NCBI GenBank assembly: GCA_044229975.1
Contig: JBGARZ010000020.1
Location: forward strand, 96,001-160,000
DNA from: Polyangiales bacterium
GTDB taxonomy: Bacteria; Myxococcota_A; Polyangia; Polyangiales; Ga0077539
Reading direction: 5' to 3'
Length of the DNA stretch: 64,000 nucleotides
The position numbers and the translations under genes were made by a program. The notes under the pieces are model-generated. The model did not search any database and was not told the origin of the DNA. It worked only from the letters and a program-made list of their open reading frames with translations. Below, one piece after another: positions 10,562 through 20,008 of this stretch (the stretch's first letter is position 1; every line of letters begins with the position of its first letter).

Positions 10562-12088
10562 ATGACCCACCGCATGACGCTCCACACGATGGCCTTCGCG
10601 ACGGTTCTTTCGACGCTCGGGTTCTCGGTCACCGCCCACGCGCAGCACCGGCGTGAGCAGGTGGGGGCGCATGTTCCGGCGGGCGATGGTGCGGCGCGCA
10701 TCTCCATGGACGGCCGCCTCGGGCGGCGCGACCAGGCGGACGAGGAGGGGCGTCGGCAGCGTGGGCAGACCGTTCGGCTGCGCCGCGGTGATCGGGTGCG
10801 CTTCGCGGTGTCGTCCGAGGCGATGGACGTGATGGCGCGGGTCGAGGGCCCCAGCGGTCAGCACTGGGAGGACGACGACGGCGCAGGCGGAACCAACGCG
10901 CGCCTGGTGTTCACGGCCCCGGCGGACGGGACGTACCGCTTCATCGTGACGACCTACGAGGCGGGCGAGACCGGCGCGTACGAGGCCGAGGCGGTGATCG
11001 GCCACGGCGGCGCGGCGGTGGACGACGACGACGACGCGCAGGCGAACGACGGCGACGGCCGCGCCGACGCGCAGGACGACGACAGCGCGCAGGACGACGA
11101 CAGCGCGCAGGATGACGACGCGCAGGACGACGCCCCCGTTGCTCCGACCGCGGCTGCCGCGACGGGCGCTGGGACGACCTACGGCATCTTCGTGGGCATC
11201 TCGCACTACGGCGGCGACAACCACGACCTGCCGGGCGCGGCGTCGGACGCGGTGCAGCTCGCGCGGGCGTTTCAGCAGGCGGGCTGGATGCACCGCGGCA
11301 ACGCGGTGGTGCTGACCGACGCGGAGGCGACGGCGGGCGGCATCCGGCAGGCGTTCCAGACGCTGGCGCCGCGGGTGCGCCCCAACGACACGCTGGTGTT
11401 CTTCTTCGACGGCCACGGCAACCGCTCGGAGATCGACCTCGTCGGCCCTGACATCTCGCGCCGCGAGCTCGGTCAGATGATGGCGCAGGTTCACGGTCGC
11501 CAGCTTCTGGTGCTCGATAGCTGCGAGGCGGGCGGCTTCGCGCCGCTGGTGCAGGGCCATGGCGACCGCGCGGGTCTCTTCTCGTCGAGCGCGACGCAGA
11601 GCTCCTCGACGGCTCCTGAAGTCGGTGCGGGCGGCTGGCTGGCCTACGCGTTTCGCGAGGCGGTCGCGGGCGGTGTCCGTCGCCGCCCCGACGGAACCAT
11701 GGACTTCAACGACGTCACCTCGTACGTGCGTCGTCAGTACTCGCAGCACCACGTCACCGATCAGACGCTGGTGGCGGTCAACGATCGCTCGCAGGGCTTC
11801 GCGCTCGGCGGAAGCGGCGGCGCGGTGACCAACGTCCCGGCCGATACGGCGGTGGCGGCGCGCAACCCGACGCGGCGACCCGACGTGGCGATGGTGCCTT
11901 CCATCGCGCCGTGGACGGGGATGATCCCGGGGATGCCCTCCGCGGGCGCCGCGAGCGACGACGCCGATGACGACTCGGCCCAGGGAGCTGGCAACGAGGA
12001 GCTCTTCGGCAACCACGACGCCTTCGCGCAGATCCTCGGCGCGGGCGTCGGCGTGGCCGGCCAGGTGCTCAACTCGCTGGTGAAGTGA
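10562..12088 (+). CDS. Secreted caspase-like (C14) peptidase with N-terminal PPC-like domain
   Basis: Signal peptide (TAHA), DDDGAGGTNARL PPC-like motif, and FFFDGHG plus LDSC catalytic His-Cys dyad. Confidence 0.85.
   Translation: MTHRMTLHTMAFATVLSTLGFSVTAHAQHRREQVGAHVPAGDGAARISMDGRLGRRDQADEEGRRQRGQTVRLRRGDRVRFAVSSEAMDVMARVEGPSGQHWEDDDGAGGTNARLVFTAPADGTYRFIVTTYEAGETGAYEAEAVIGHGGAAVDDDDDAQANDGDGRADAQDDDSAQDDDSAQDDDAQDDAPVAPTAAAATGAGTTYGIFVGISHYGGDNHDLPGAASDAVQLARAFQQAGWMHRGNAVVLTDAEATAGGIRQAFQTLAPRVRPNDTLVFFFDGHGNRSEIDLVGPDISRRELGQMMAQVHGRQLLVLDSCEAGGFAPLVQGHGDRAGLFSSSATQSSSTAPEVGAGGWLAYAFREAVAGGVRRRPDGTMDFNDVTSYVRRQYSQHHVTDQTLVAVNDRSQGFALGGSGGAVTNVPADTAVAARNPTRRPDVAMVPSIAPWTGMIPGMPSAGAASDDADDDSAQGAGNEELFGNHDAFAQILGAGVGVAGQVLNSLVK
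11069..11131 (+). repeat. In-frame 18-bp tandem repeat encoding AQDDDS
   Basis: GCGCAGGACGACGACAGC twice plus two shorter variants. Confidence 0.85.
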
Positions 12089-12935
12089 CCCCGGCGCGCG
12101 GCACCACGATCGCGTGCGGGTACGGCTCCCGCTCGTGGAGCGCCACCTCGTAGCCCGTACCCTCCGCCAGCGCCTCGATCTCCCCCGCGCTGTACCGCTG
12201 ATAGAACCCCGCCCCCGCCACAAACCCCGCCCCATCCGCCGCGCTCGTCCGACCGAGCACCCTCGCGAGCGCCTGTCGCAGCGGCACCCGCAGCGCCTCG
12301 ACCCGACCGTTGGCGCGCCCGTCGTCGTCCGGCCCGAGGTAGCTCAACAACACCGGCGCGTGCGGCGCGATCGTCCGCAACGCCTCCAACAAAGCCACTC
12401 GCGCGCCTGCATCTGTCACGTGCGACAGGCTCGCCCAGCCCAGCACCACGCCGTCGAAGCCGCCGCCCACCGCGCCCGCGAGCGGTCCTCCGTCGCCGCG
12501 CGCCGCGCGCACCAGGTCGCCATACGAACCCTGGTAAGCCGTCGCTCTCGCGTGCCCCACTGCCACCTGTCCGAGCGCTTCGGCGAGCCCCGGCGCCGGC
12601 TCGAAGGCCACCACCTCGTAGCCCAGCGCGCAGAGCCCGGCGAGCTCGCGCCCACCGCCTGCACCACCGAGCAGCAATCGACCCGACGACGGAAACGGTG
12701 ACGTGGCGAGCGCGGTGCGTTCCCACCCGAAGAGACCTTGCGAGAAGGCCGGGCCGCCCGGTGAGTAGGTGTCCTCCGCGGAGAAGACCGCGGCGTTGAC
12801 GGCCTCGCGCTCGTCCTCCGAGAGCCCCGCGAGGAGCAGCTCGGTGCGAACGAGCGCGGCGAGGCGCACCGTCGAGTGCACGGCGCGATCGGCGAGGAGG
12901 AGGGCGCGCGCCCAGGCGGGGATGGTCTTGGACAT
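12069..12935 (-). CDS. Class I SAM-dependent methyltransferase-like protein
   Basis: LLLGGAGGGRE, VVAFEP and FDGVVLG motifs. Confidence 0.75.
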   Translation of the reverse strand: MSKTIPAWARALLLADRAVHSTVRLAALVRTELLLAGLSEDEREAVNAAVFSAEDTYSPGGPAFSQGLFGWERTALATSPFPSSGRLLLGGAGGGRELAGLCALGYEVVAFEPAPGLAEALGQVAVGHARATAYQGSYGDLVRAARGDGGPLAGAVGGGFDGVVLGWASLSHVTDAGARVALLEALRTIAPHAPVLLSYLGPDDDGRANGRVEALRVPLRQALARVLGRTSAADGAGFVAGAGFYQRYSAGEIEALAEGTGYEVALHEREPYPHAIVVPRAGVTSPAS

Positions 12936-12964
12936 CGGGTCGATGGATACCCGATGCGGAGGCG

Positions 12965-14257
12965 CTACGGGGAGAGGCCCGTGGTGATGAGCGAGCCGTT
13001 GATCACGCACTGACCCGCGCCCTGGTTCATCGGGAGGGTCACGGCGTTGAAGGTGACGTTCATGCGGCCCTCGGCGGGCGCGAACTCGGTCGCGGTGACC
13101 GTGCCCGACACGCTGCGCCCGGTGTTGATGAACACGCTCGGGCCGACGCCCACCTGGAGGTTCTGCTGACAGCGACGGCCGATGGCGCAGACGTCCACGG
13201 TCTGCCCCGGCGTCACGTCGCCGAGCTTCACGAAGAGGCGGTTGAGCGTCGTCCCGACGATGGCCACCACGTTGATGGCGCCCTCCGCGGGCATCACCCG
13301 GGTGACACCCTCGGGGAGCTGGAGCGCCGCGCAGTCACCCGTCAGCGTGAGCGTCGAGGTGACCAACGAACCACCACCGCCACCACCACCCGGGGCCGCC
13401 GGGACCATGCCCGGCGTCGGCGTGGCGCCCATCGGGGCGTTCATGGTCGTGGGAGGAGCGGTCGGCACGGGCGGCGGCTCGGGCGCCTTGGTGAGCTGAC
13501 CCACCACGGAGAGGATCACGCCGAGCGGAGCCGCGACGGCGCCGATGATGAACGCCTTCTTGGAGAGCCCGACGGAGCCCGCGAGCAGCTCGTCGCGCGA
13601 CTTGTCCATGATGAGCAGCGAGGCCCAGCTCGGTGACGAGATGGAGCCGTCGTCCTGGAGCTTGCCGTTGACGTAGAACGGCCCCTTTGGCTCAAGAAAC
13701 TGCTCGCTCACGAAGTAGTTCGCCGTGACGGGGACCTCGATCATGCGGCCGAGGGGGTTCTTCACCTGCACGCTCGCGGGGATGGAGAACCCGGGGGTGA
13801 CTTCGAGGGGCTTCGACCCGAGCGACGCGAGCAGTCCGCGGCTGAACTTCTTCCGCTCGAAGGGCTTCGTCACGCAGAACTCACCGCCGCGCTTGGCGTC
13901 GATGGAGACCACCGCGGGCCCGCTGCCGTCGTTGACTGCGAAGGGGACGGCCTGCGCGTCTTCCATCACGGTGTACTTGTTCTCGACGTTGTCTTCGCTC
14001 CACTCGACTTCGAGCTTCCACGAGAAGTAGACGCACGGCGCGCCGCTCACCGGCGACGTCAGGACGTGCTGCGTCTGCACCTGTCCCTGCGTCGACAGGG
14101 CGCCCTTCGCGTTGGCGATGGAGCGCCCCTGCGCGCCCACCTGTCCCGACGGCGCGAAGGGCGTCTCACCCAGGCGCCCCGCGCGCATTTTCTGAACGAC
14201 ACCACCCGCCAGCGCCATCACGCCGATGAGAAGAAGAATTGCTCCGATTGCGATCAT
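12965..14257 (-). CDS. GIDE-domain-like membrane protein with C-terminal extracellular domain
   Basis: Two TM helices flank LTSPVSGAPCVYF...VPFAVNDGSG, followed by a Pro-rich linker and a Cys-containing domain. Confidence 0.65.
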   Translation of the reverse strand: MIAIGAILLLIGVMALAGGVVQKMRAGRLGETPFAPSGQVGAQGRSIANAKGALSTQGQVQTQHVLTSPVSGAPCVYFSWKLEVEWSEDNVENKYTVMEDAQAVPFAVNDGSGPAVVSIDAKRGGEFCVTKPFERKKFSRGLLASLGSKPLEVTPGFSIPASVQVKNPLGRMIEVPVTANYFVSEQFLEPKGPFYVNGKLQDDGSISSPSWASLLIMDKSRDELLAGSVGLSKKAFIIGAVAAPLGVILSVVGQLTKAPEPPPVPTAPPTTMNAPMGATPTPGMVPAAPGGGGGGGSLVTSTLTLTGDCAALQLPEGVTRVMPAEGAINVVAIVGTTLNRLFVKLGDVTPGQTVDVCAIGRRCQQNLQVGVGPSVFINTGRSVSGTVTATEFAPAEGRMNVTFNAVTLPMNQGAGQCVINGSLITTGLSP

Positions 14258-14421
14258 CGACCGGTCCCTCCGTCACGTGTCCACCCCGAGTGGCCACCGC
14301 CGCTCGGATTAGGTGAAGCACTCTACGGGTGTCGAGCGATTTCACGCGATTTCGTGACGGACGGCCGACACCACGCGTGCACGCGCGCTGCGTGCGGTGT
14401 CGCGAGACATGTCAGACCGAG

Positions 14422-14841
14422 CTATTTCGAGCGCATCCGGTTGTTCTTCGCGAGGTGCTCCACCTCGGCGAGACCGAGCACCTCCAGCACCGGCGGTACA
14501 TACATCCCGAAGCGCCCGCGCAGCCCCTTCTTCAAGCCGTACCAGCCGCCCACCGGGTTGCTCTCGGCGCGACCCCACGCCTCGACGGTCCCCTCGGCCG
14601 CGGGCTTCTGCTCGTCCGCGCTGCCGAGCGCCATCCAGTCGCCGTGCTTCTTCAGCATCGCGTGCAGGTCGTCGATGCAGCGAAGGTGGTACCGCAGCTG
14701 CGTCGACCCGACCTGCACCACCAGCGCGGGCGGGTCGAGCGTCTCGTCGCGGTACGCCGTGTACTCGCTCGTGCCCGGCGGCGTCTTTAGCGCCCAGGGG
14801 TTGTCCTTCGTCCCGGCCTCGCCACTCTTCTTCGTCACCAT
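14422..14841 (-). CDS. Conserved hypothetical protein (DUF6855-like)
   Basis: PWxLKTPPGTSEY...NPVGGWYGLKKGLRGRFGMYVPP, recalled family with good codon usage. Confidence 0.7.
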   Translation of the reverse strand: MVTKKSGEAGTKDNPWALKTPPGTSEYTAYRDETLDPPALVVQVGSTQLRYHLRCIDDLHAMLKKHGDWMALGSADEQKPAAEGTVEAWGRAESNPVGGWYGLKKGLRGRFGMYVPPVLEVLGLAEVEHLAKNNRMRSK

Positions 14842-14843
14842 GA

Positions 14844-14940
14844 TCAGCTCTCCTCGGCGCGCTTCATGAGGCACGCCGCGAACCCGTCGAAGGCCGGCTG
14901 AAGATCAGGGATGGCCTTCGTGAATTTCTTCACGGTCGCG
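14844..14940 (-). pseudogene. 3' remnant of an SRPBCC-like gene
   Basis: Reads VKKFTKAIPDLQPAFDGFAACLMKRAEES*, like the terminal helix of SRPBCC proteins. There is no room for the rest of the gene. Confidence 0.45.
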
Positions 14941-14942
14941 TT

Positions 14943-14960
14943 GGTAACACTTCAGTTACC
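14943..14960. promoter_or_regulatory. Palindrome GGTAAC-N6-GTTACC, putative ArsR-family operator
   Basis: Perfect dyad. The same GTAAC-N6-GTTAC core occurs at 15697-15712. Confidence 0.55.
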
Positions 14961-15392
14961 ACCCGCCAAGGTTCCGGCGGCTCTCGCGAGCGCCGGCAGG
15001 ACGACGCCCCACGACGCCGCATAGCGCGGCGCACGCGCTTGAAACAGCGCCTCGCTGGCGGCGGTCGCCCGGTGCGTGACGGTCACGCGGGTGCCGTCGC
15101 CTTCAGCGCGGAAGGCCACCTCGACCTCCGTCGGGTGCTCGGGGTCGGTGCCCGGGTAGAAGTCGAGGAGCAGCCGCGAGGGTGGCTCCCACGCGCGCAC
15201 CCGGCCGAGCTCCACCTCGCGCCCGTCCGTCGCCCGCTCGTAGAAGCGCCCCGACTCCAGCAAGAACATCTCCGCTTCCGCGTCACCCGTATGGCGCCGC
15301 TCAGGTGGCCACCAGGCGCCAACCTCCCTGGTCAACAGGGCGAACGACCGCTCGACGGCACACGGCAGCCACACCGACTTCTCGATGGTCAC
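14952..15392 (-). CDS. SRPBCC/AHSA1-like protein
   Basis: GAWWP, GRVRAWEPPSRL and TEVEVAFRAEGDGTRVTVTH motifs. Overlaps the ArsR stop. Confidence 0.85.
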   Translation of the reverse strand: MTIEKSVWLPCAVERSFALLTREVGAWWPPERRHTGDAEAEMFLLESGRFYERATDGREVELGRVRAWEPPSRLLLDFYPGTDPEHPTEVEVAFRAEGDGTRVTVTHRATAASEALFQARAPRYAASWGVVLPALARAAGTLAGGN

Positions 15393-15691
15393 TTCGCCTC
15401 CTTCTCGCGCTGGGCGAGCTGTTCGAGGCGGGCGAGGGCCACGTCCCAGAAGCCGTCGAGGTAGGCCCGCACCGGCGCCAGACCTTCGAGGCGGATCGCA
15501 TAGAGCGTTCGCGCCCCGCTCGACCGCGCCGTGACGAGACCCGCCTCCTGCAACACGGCGATGTGCCGGGAGATGGCGGGGCGGCTCACCGGGAAGCGCG
15601 CGGCGATCTCGCCCACCGTCGCCGGACGGGCGCGGAGGCGGACCAGGATCTCACGTCGAACAGGGTTTCCGAGGGCGTCGAGCGCGTGCAT
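15389..15691 (-). CDS. ArsR/SmtB-family transcriptional regulator
   Basis: ALGNPVRREIL...VSRPAISRHIAVLQEAGLV. Confidence 0.9.
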   Translation of the reverse strand: MHALDALGNPVRREILVRLRARPATVGEIAARFPVSRPAISRHIAVLQEAGLVTARSSGARTLYAIRLEGLAPVRAYLDGFWDVALARLEQLAQREKEAK

Positions 15692-15696
15692 GGATG

Positions 15697-15712
15697 GTAA
15701 CCGAGACGTTAC
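15697..15712. promoter_or_regulatory. Palindrome GTAAC-N6-GTTAC just upstream of the ArsR start, putative auto-operator
   Basis: Dyad lies 5 nt upstream of the ATG and is duplicated at 14943-14960. Confidence 0.6.
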
Positions 15713-16983
15713 GCCTTCCGCGGCCGGTACAAAAGCATCCCCAGCGCCACCACGGCGAGCGAGAGCAGCGTCGGCCGCGGCGACCCCTTCGCGAAGCCCG
15801 CCAGCATCGCGATCGTCACCAGCAGGAAACCCCGCTCCGTCCACGGCGACCCCGGCACGCGGAACGGTCGCTCCAGCGCGGGTTCATTCCGGCGCAGCCG
15901 CAGCGTGGCCCACGCGCCCAGCGCATAGAACGGCCACGCCCCCACCACGAACACCTGCGCGAGCTGACCGAACACCGACACCCGCGCGTACGCGAGCGCC
16001 AGGCCCACCGTCACCAGTGTTGCGACGGCCGGGACTCCACGCGCATCGAGTCGTGAGAGCGCGCCGAGGCGAGGGGCGTCGTCGCCGAGCGCGGCGACCA
16101 CGCGCGTGCCGGAGACGAGCCCGATGAGGCAACCGCCGAAGGTCGATGAGGCCACCAGCGCCACCAGCAGACGGGCGCCGCGGACGCCGTCGAGGCGAGC
16201 TCCGAGCGCGGCGGCGGGAGCGGTGGCGTGGGCGAGGCCCTCGGTGGAGAGCGCCCGGTGGAAGGCCACGACCACGAGCAGGTAGAGCGCCGTGACTGCG
16301 ACGACGCCTGCGATGAGCGCGCGCGGAATGGTCCTCCCGGGAGCGCGAACCTCGGCGGCGAGGGAGGTGATGTCGATCCAGCCATCGAAGGCCCAGAGCA
16401 CGGGGACGAGCGCGGCGATGAGCGCCGCCCACGACACGGGTGCAGTGGGAACTGGCAATGAGGGAGCGGGTGGGAGCACGAGCGCGACGACGGCGACGGC
16501 GGCGAGGGCGAGGACGCGCGCGAGGGTGACGACGGACTGGAGGCGCGCGGCGGGCTTGAGGCCGAGGAGGTTGACCGCGCCGACGGCGACGATGACCAGC
16601 GAAGTGAGCGTGGGGACGCGCCAGGGGATGACGGCGGCGAGGTGTTCGGCGGTGACGCTCGCGAAGAACGCGACGGACGATGGGACCAGGACGAGGGTCA
16701 TGGTCCAGCCGAAGGCGAAGGCGGCGCGACCGCCGAAGGCCCGGCGGAGGATGGCCGTGAGGCCACCGCGCTCGGGCAGGGCGGCGCCGGGTTCGGCGAG
16801 GGCGAAGGCTCCGAGGAGCGAGAGGGCGGCGCCGGCGGTCCAGACGGCGAGGGCGAGGTCGAGGCGGTGGACGGCGCGGGCGACGAGGGCGGGGGTCGCG
16901 AAGATGCCGCTGCCGACCATGGCACCGACGGTGACCAGGGTGGCGTCGACGGTTCCGAGCACGCGGCGCTCGGTCGCGCTCAC
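15709..16983 (-). CDS. APC-family amino acid permease
   Basis: GAMVGSGIF, WAFDGW and RPFRVPG motifs with about 12 TM segments. Confidence 0.9.
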   Translation of the reverse strand: MSATERRVLGTVDATLVTVGAMVGSGIFATPALVARAVHRLDLALAVWTAGAALSLLGAFALAEPGAALPERGGLTAILRRAFGGRAAFAFGWTMTLVLVPSSVAFFASVTAEHLAAVIPWRVPTLTSLVIVAVGAVNLLGLKPAARLQSVVTLARVLALAAVAVVALVLPPAPSLPVPTAPVSWAALIAALVPVLWAFDGWIDITSLAAEVRAPGRTIPRALIAGVVAVTALYLLVVVAFHRALSTEGLAHATAPAAALGARLDGVRGARLLVALVASSTFGGCLIGLVSGTRVVAALGDDAPRLGALSRLDARGVPAVATLVTVGLALAYARVSVFGQLAQVFVVGAWPFYALGAWATLRLRRNEPALERPFRVPGSPWTERGFLLVTIAMLAGFAKGSPRPTLLSLAVVALGMLLYRPRKA

Positions 16984-16987
16984 GGCG

Positions 16988-17422
16988 TCAGGCGCGGACG
17001 CGGCGGACGGCGTCGCCGACGTCCTTGCCCTGCACCACGGAGCCGGTGGTCTTGAGGTGCTTCATCGCGACGCCGGTGGCCTGGCCATCGTTGGCCGCGG
17101 CGCGGATGGCGTCGCGCACGGGCTCGAGCAGCGCCACGATGCCGTCGACGTCGAGGGACTTCGGGAGAAGTGCTTCGAGGACGGCGATCTCCTTGCGGAG
17201 GGTCTCCTGCTGGGCCGCGTCGGTGGCGAGCGCGAGGGTGTCCTGGTTGGACTTCACCAGCTTGCGGAGAATGGCCTGCACGGGCTCGTCGCCGAGGGTC
17301 CCGCCCGCGCGCTCGACCGCCATGGAGAGCTCGCCGAGGGCCACGCGGAGGATCTCCTTGGTGACGGTGTCGTGGGCCTTCATCGCGGCCATCATCTGAC
17401 GCTTGATCTCGTCGAGCAGCAT
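16988..17422 (-). CDS. GatB/YqeY domain protein
   Basis: MLLDEIKRQMMAAMKAHD...EIAVLEALLPKSL...GVAMKHLK. Confidence 0.85.
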   Translation of the reverse strand: MLLDEIKRQMMAAMKAHDTVTKEILRVALGELSMAVERAGGTLGDEPVQAILRKLVKSNQDTLALATDAAQQETLRKEIAVLEALLPKSLDVDGIVALLEPVRDAIRAAANDGQATGVAMKHLKTTGSVVQGKDVGDAVRRVRA

Positions 17423-17725
17423 AGGGGTCCGTTGGGCTACGCCCCGGGGACGTGAGGCGTCAAGGCACTCATGGGCCGCCCGACGCGGCGCGGTGTCCGC
17501 TACGCCGCGCGTCACGATCGTTGACCCGTGACATTCCGCGTCACGCAATCTTGAAAGAAACGTTGCAAGCCCGAAAGGCTGTGATAACCCTCTCTCCCGT
17601 TGATCTGGCGGGCACCGGATCACTCTGCGCTTTGACCTCGGCGTCAAAGCGTCAGACCACACCGACCCGAACGCCCCGAAAACCAGCCAACACGCCACGT
17701 CACCGGGGGAGCTTCGACACTTCAC

Positions 17726-18163
17726 ATGATGATCCAACGCAACAAGAACCTCTTCGCCCAGCGCTTCCGCGTCGTGCTCATCGGCGACGATGACCGCTTC
17801 ACGCACGCCCTCGGCGAGCTCCTCCAGAGCGCCGGCTACGTCGTCGCCGTCACCACCACCGCCGACCAGTGCCTCGCCGAGCTCGACCGCCCCGGCCGCC
17901 GGGTGCTCATCGCCGACCTCGCCGCCACCCAGATGCAGGGCGTCGAGACCGTGCTCAACCTCCGCGATCGCCGCATGACGGTCCCCACCGTCGCCATCTC
18001 CTCGATGCCCAACATCGCGCAGCACTGCGCCGCCCTCGGGGTGCGCCATCACCTGGCGCAGCCGTTCCGCTTCGGGCAGCTCATCGACCTGCTCGAAGCC
18101 GTCGCGCGCCCGACGGTCTCCCCGGCCACCACCGGCGCCGTCAGCCTCGCGCTCGCCGAGTAG
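17726..18163 (+). CDS. Stand-alone atypical receiver-domain protein
   Basis: LIGDDD, LIADL, VAISS and LAQPF (conserved Lys replaced by Gln). Confidence 0.75.
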   Translation: MMIQRNKNLFAQRFRVVLIGDDDRFTHALGELLQSAGYVVAVTTTADQCLAELDRPGRRVLIADLAATQMQGVETVLNLRDRRMTVPTVAISSMPNIAQHCAALGVRHHLAQPFRFGQLIDLLEAVARPTVSPATTGAVSLALAE

Positions 18164-18256
18164 TCCCGCCCCTCCCCGTCTCCCTGCTGCACAAAATCAC
18201 TGTCCACCGTCACAACGGTGTAGCCTCCCGCTCACCAGGGAGGCTCCGTACCAGCC

Positions 18257-19297
18257 GTGGCGTCATTCCTTTCCATCCTCGGTCTGCTCGGGATGCCGGT
18301 CGGCATCTACCTCATCACCCTCTGTGCACGCGGGGCCACCACCCCGTGGGCCTGGGCCTGGATGGTGACCTACGTCCTGCTCGACCTCGGGTGCTTCTCC
18401 CTCGTCGGCAACCCCCGCCGGGGGCGCATCCTCCTCGGGCTCGGCACCGTCCTCCTCGCCGCCATCGTCGGCCTGCGTCACATGAAGAGCTACCCCACCG
18501 GGCTCGGCTCCAACGTGCGGCTGCCCGCCAACACCCCCGGCCGCTGGATCAACCGCCTCGCCGAAGAGGCCGACATCGGCCCGATGATGCTCACCGCCTT
18601 CGGTGACTTCGGCGCCTTCCCCGGCGACGACGTCAAGCGAGCCCGCCCGTACATCAAGCGCTCCTACCGAACGCTCCGCAATGACCCGGAGTTCGCCCCG
18701 GTGCCGTCCACCGTCGCCGCCAACATGCTCGGCATGACCTCGACGGCCGCGACCGAGACCCTGGTGTTCAACCCGCCGCCCGAGGGCCGCGCCGACCGCG
18801 CCATCATCTTCCTCCACGGTGCGGGTCCGCTCTTCAAGCTGCCGTGCTGGATGCTCGCGCGGCGCATGCCCGACGCCATGATCGTCTGTCCCACCGTCGG
18901 CCTCCGCGGCGAGTGGACCCACCCCAACGCCGCGGCGACGTTCCAGAGCGTTCTCTCGTGGACGCGGCAGCGCGCCTCGGCCGTGTACGCCATCGGCTGG
19001 GGCACCGGCGGCCACGCGCTCTTGCGTCAGCTCAACAGCAACGCCCTCGGGCACGTCTCAGGGATGGTGCTGGTCTCGGGCTACGACGAAAACTACTTCG
19101 ACGACGTGCGCCGCTCGGGCCTGCCCATCCTCATCCTGCGGGGCGACGCCGATCAGCGGACGCCGGCCTTCCGCGTCGAGGGGCTCGCGGGCCTCGACCG
19201 GGTTCGCAACCTGGAGATGCCCGGCGACCACTTCGTGTTCTATGAACAGGAAGAGCTCGTGCTGGAGGAGCTGGACTCCTTCTGCGGCGCACACTGA
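18257..19297 (+). CDS. Membrane-anchored alpha/beta-hydrolase-fold protein
   Basis: Three N-terminal TM helices, IIFLHG, ILRGDAD and GDH. The nucleophile elbow reads GWGTGG. Confidence 0.65.
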   Translation: MASFLSILGLLGMPVGIYLITLCARGATTPWAWAWMVTYVLLDLGCFSLVGNPRRGRILLGLGTVLLAAIVGLRHMKSYPTGLGSNVRLPANTPGRWINRLAEEADIGPMMLTAFGDFGAFPGDDVKRARPYIKRSYRTLRNDPEFAPVPSTVAANMLGMTSTAATETLVFNPPPEGRADRAIIFLHGAGPLFKLPCWMLARRMPDAMIVCPTVGLRGEWTHPNAAATFQSVLSWTRQRASAVYAIGWGTGGHALLRQLNSNALGHVSGMVLVSGYDENYFDDVRRSGLPILILRGDADQRTPAFRVEGLAGLDRVRNLEMPGDHFVFYEQEELVLEELDSFCGAH

Positions 19298-19315
19298 TCC
19301 CGGAGAACGTCGACG

Positions 19316-20008
19316 ATGGCCGCGCGCAGCGAGAACGGGTTGAATCCAGAGGCTGACGCCACGTCGAAGGCCCAGGATGCTGCCCGCGCCCGACAACGAG
19401 ACCGTGACCTCATCGACCGCGCGGCGGCGGGAGACCTCCGCGCCTTCGAAGAGCTGGTCCGCCACCACCAGCGCCGCGCCCACGCCGTGGCCTACGGCAT
19501 CGTGCGCAACCCCGAAGACGCCCGCGAGGTCGCGCAGGACGCCTTTCTTCGGGTGCACCGACATCTCAAGGATTTCGAGGGCGGCGCGAGCTTCAGCACC
19601 TGGCTCTACCGCATCGTCTACAACCTCTCCATCGACCTCCTGCGCCGCCGGTCGCCCGGCCGCGCCATCGAGCTCGAAGACCACACCGACCTCGACGGCG
19701 CGCCCGACGAGTGGCTCCCGTCGCGCGGCGAGTCCAACCCCTTCGCGGCGCTCGACCGCACCCGCCTCGTCGAGGCCATGCAGCGCTGCCTCGACGAGCT
19801 CCCCCCGCACCACCGCACGGCCATCCTGCTGCGCGAGGTCGAGGGGATGTCCTACGAGGAGATTGCGGAAGCCATGGAGGTGCCCAAGGGCACCGTCATG
19901 TCGCGCCTCTTCCACGCGCGTCGCAAGATGCAACGCATGCTGCGCGAGCACTTCGGCGAAGAGGTTCCCAAGACCGCGGACGAGCGAGACGCCGAGGAGG
20001 CACCGTGA
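19316..20008 (+). CDS. ECF sigma-70 factor
   Basis: AREVAQDAF, FSTWLYRI and SYEEIAEAMEVPKGTVMSRLFHAR. Confidence 0.95.
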   Translation: MAARSENGLNPEADATSKAQDAARARQRDRDLIDRAAAGDLRAFEELVRHHQRRAHAVAYGIVRNPEDAREVAQDAFLRVHRHLKDFEGGASFSTWLYRIVYNLSIDLLRRRSPGRAIELEDHTDLDGAPDEWLPSRGESNPFAALDRTRLVEAMQRCLDELPPHHRTAILLREVEGMSYEEIAEAMEVPKGTVMSRLFHARRKMQRMLREHFGEEVPKTADERDAEEAP

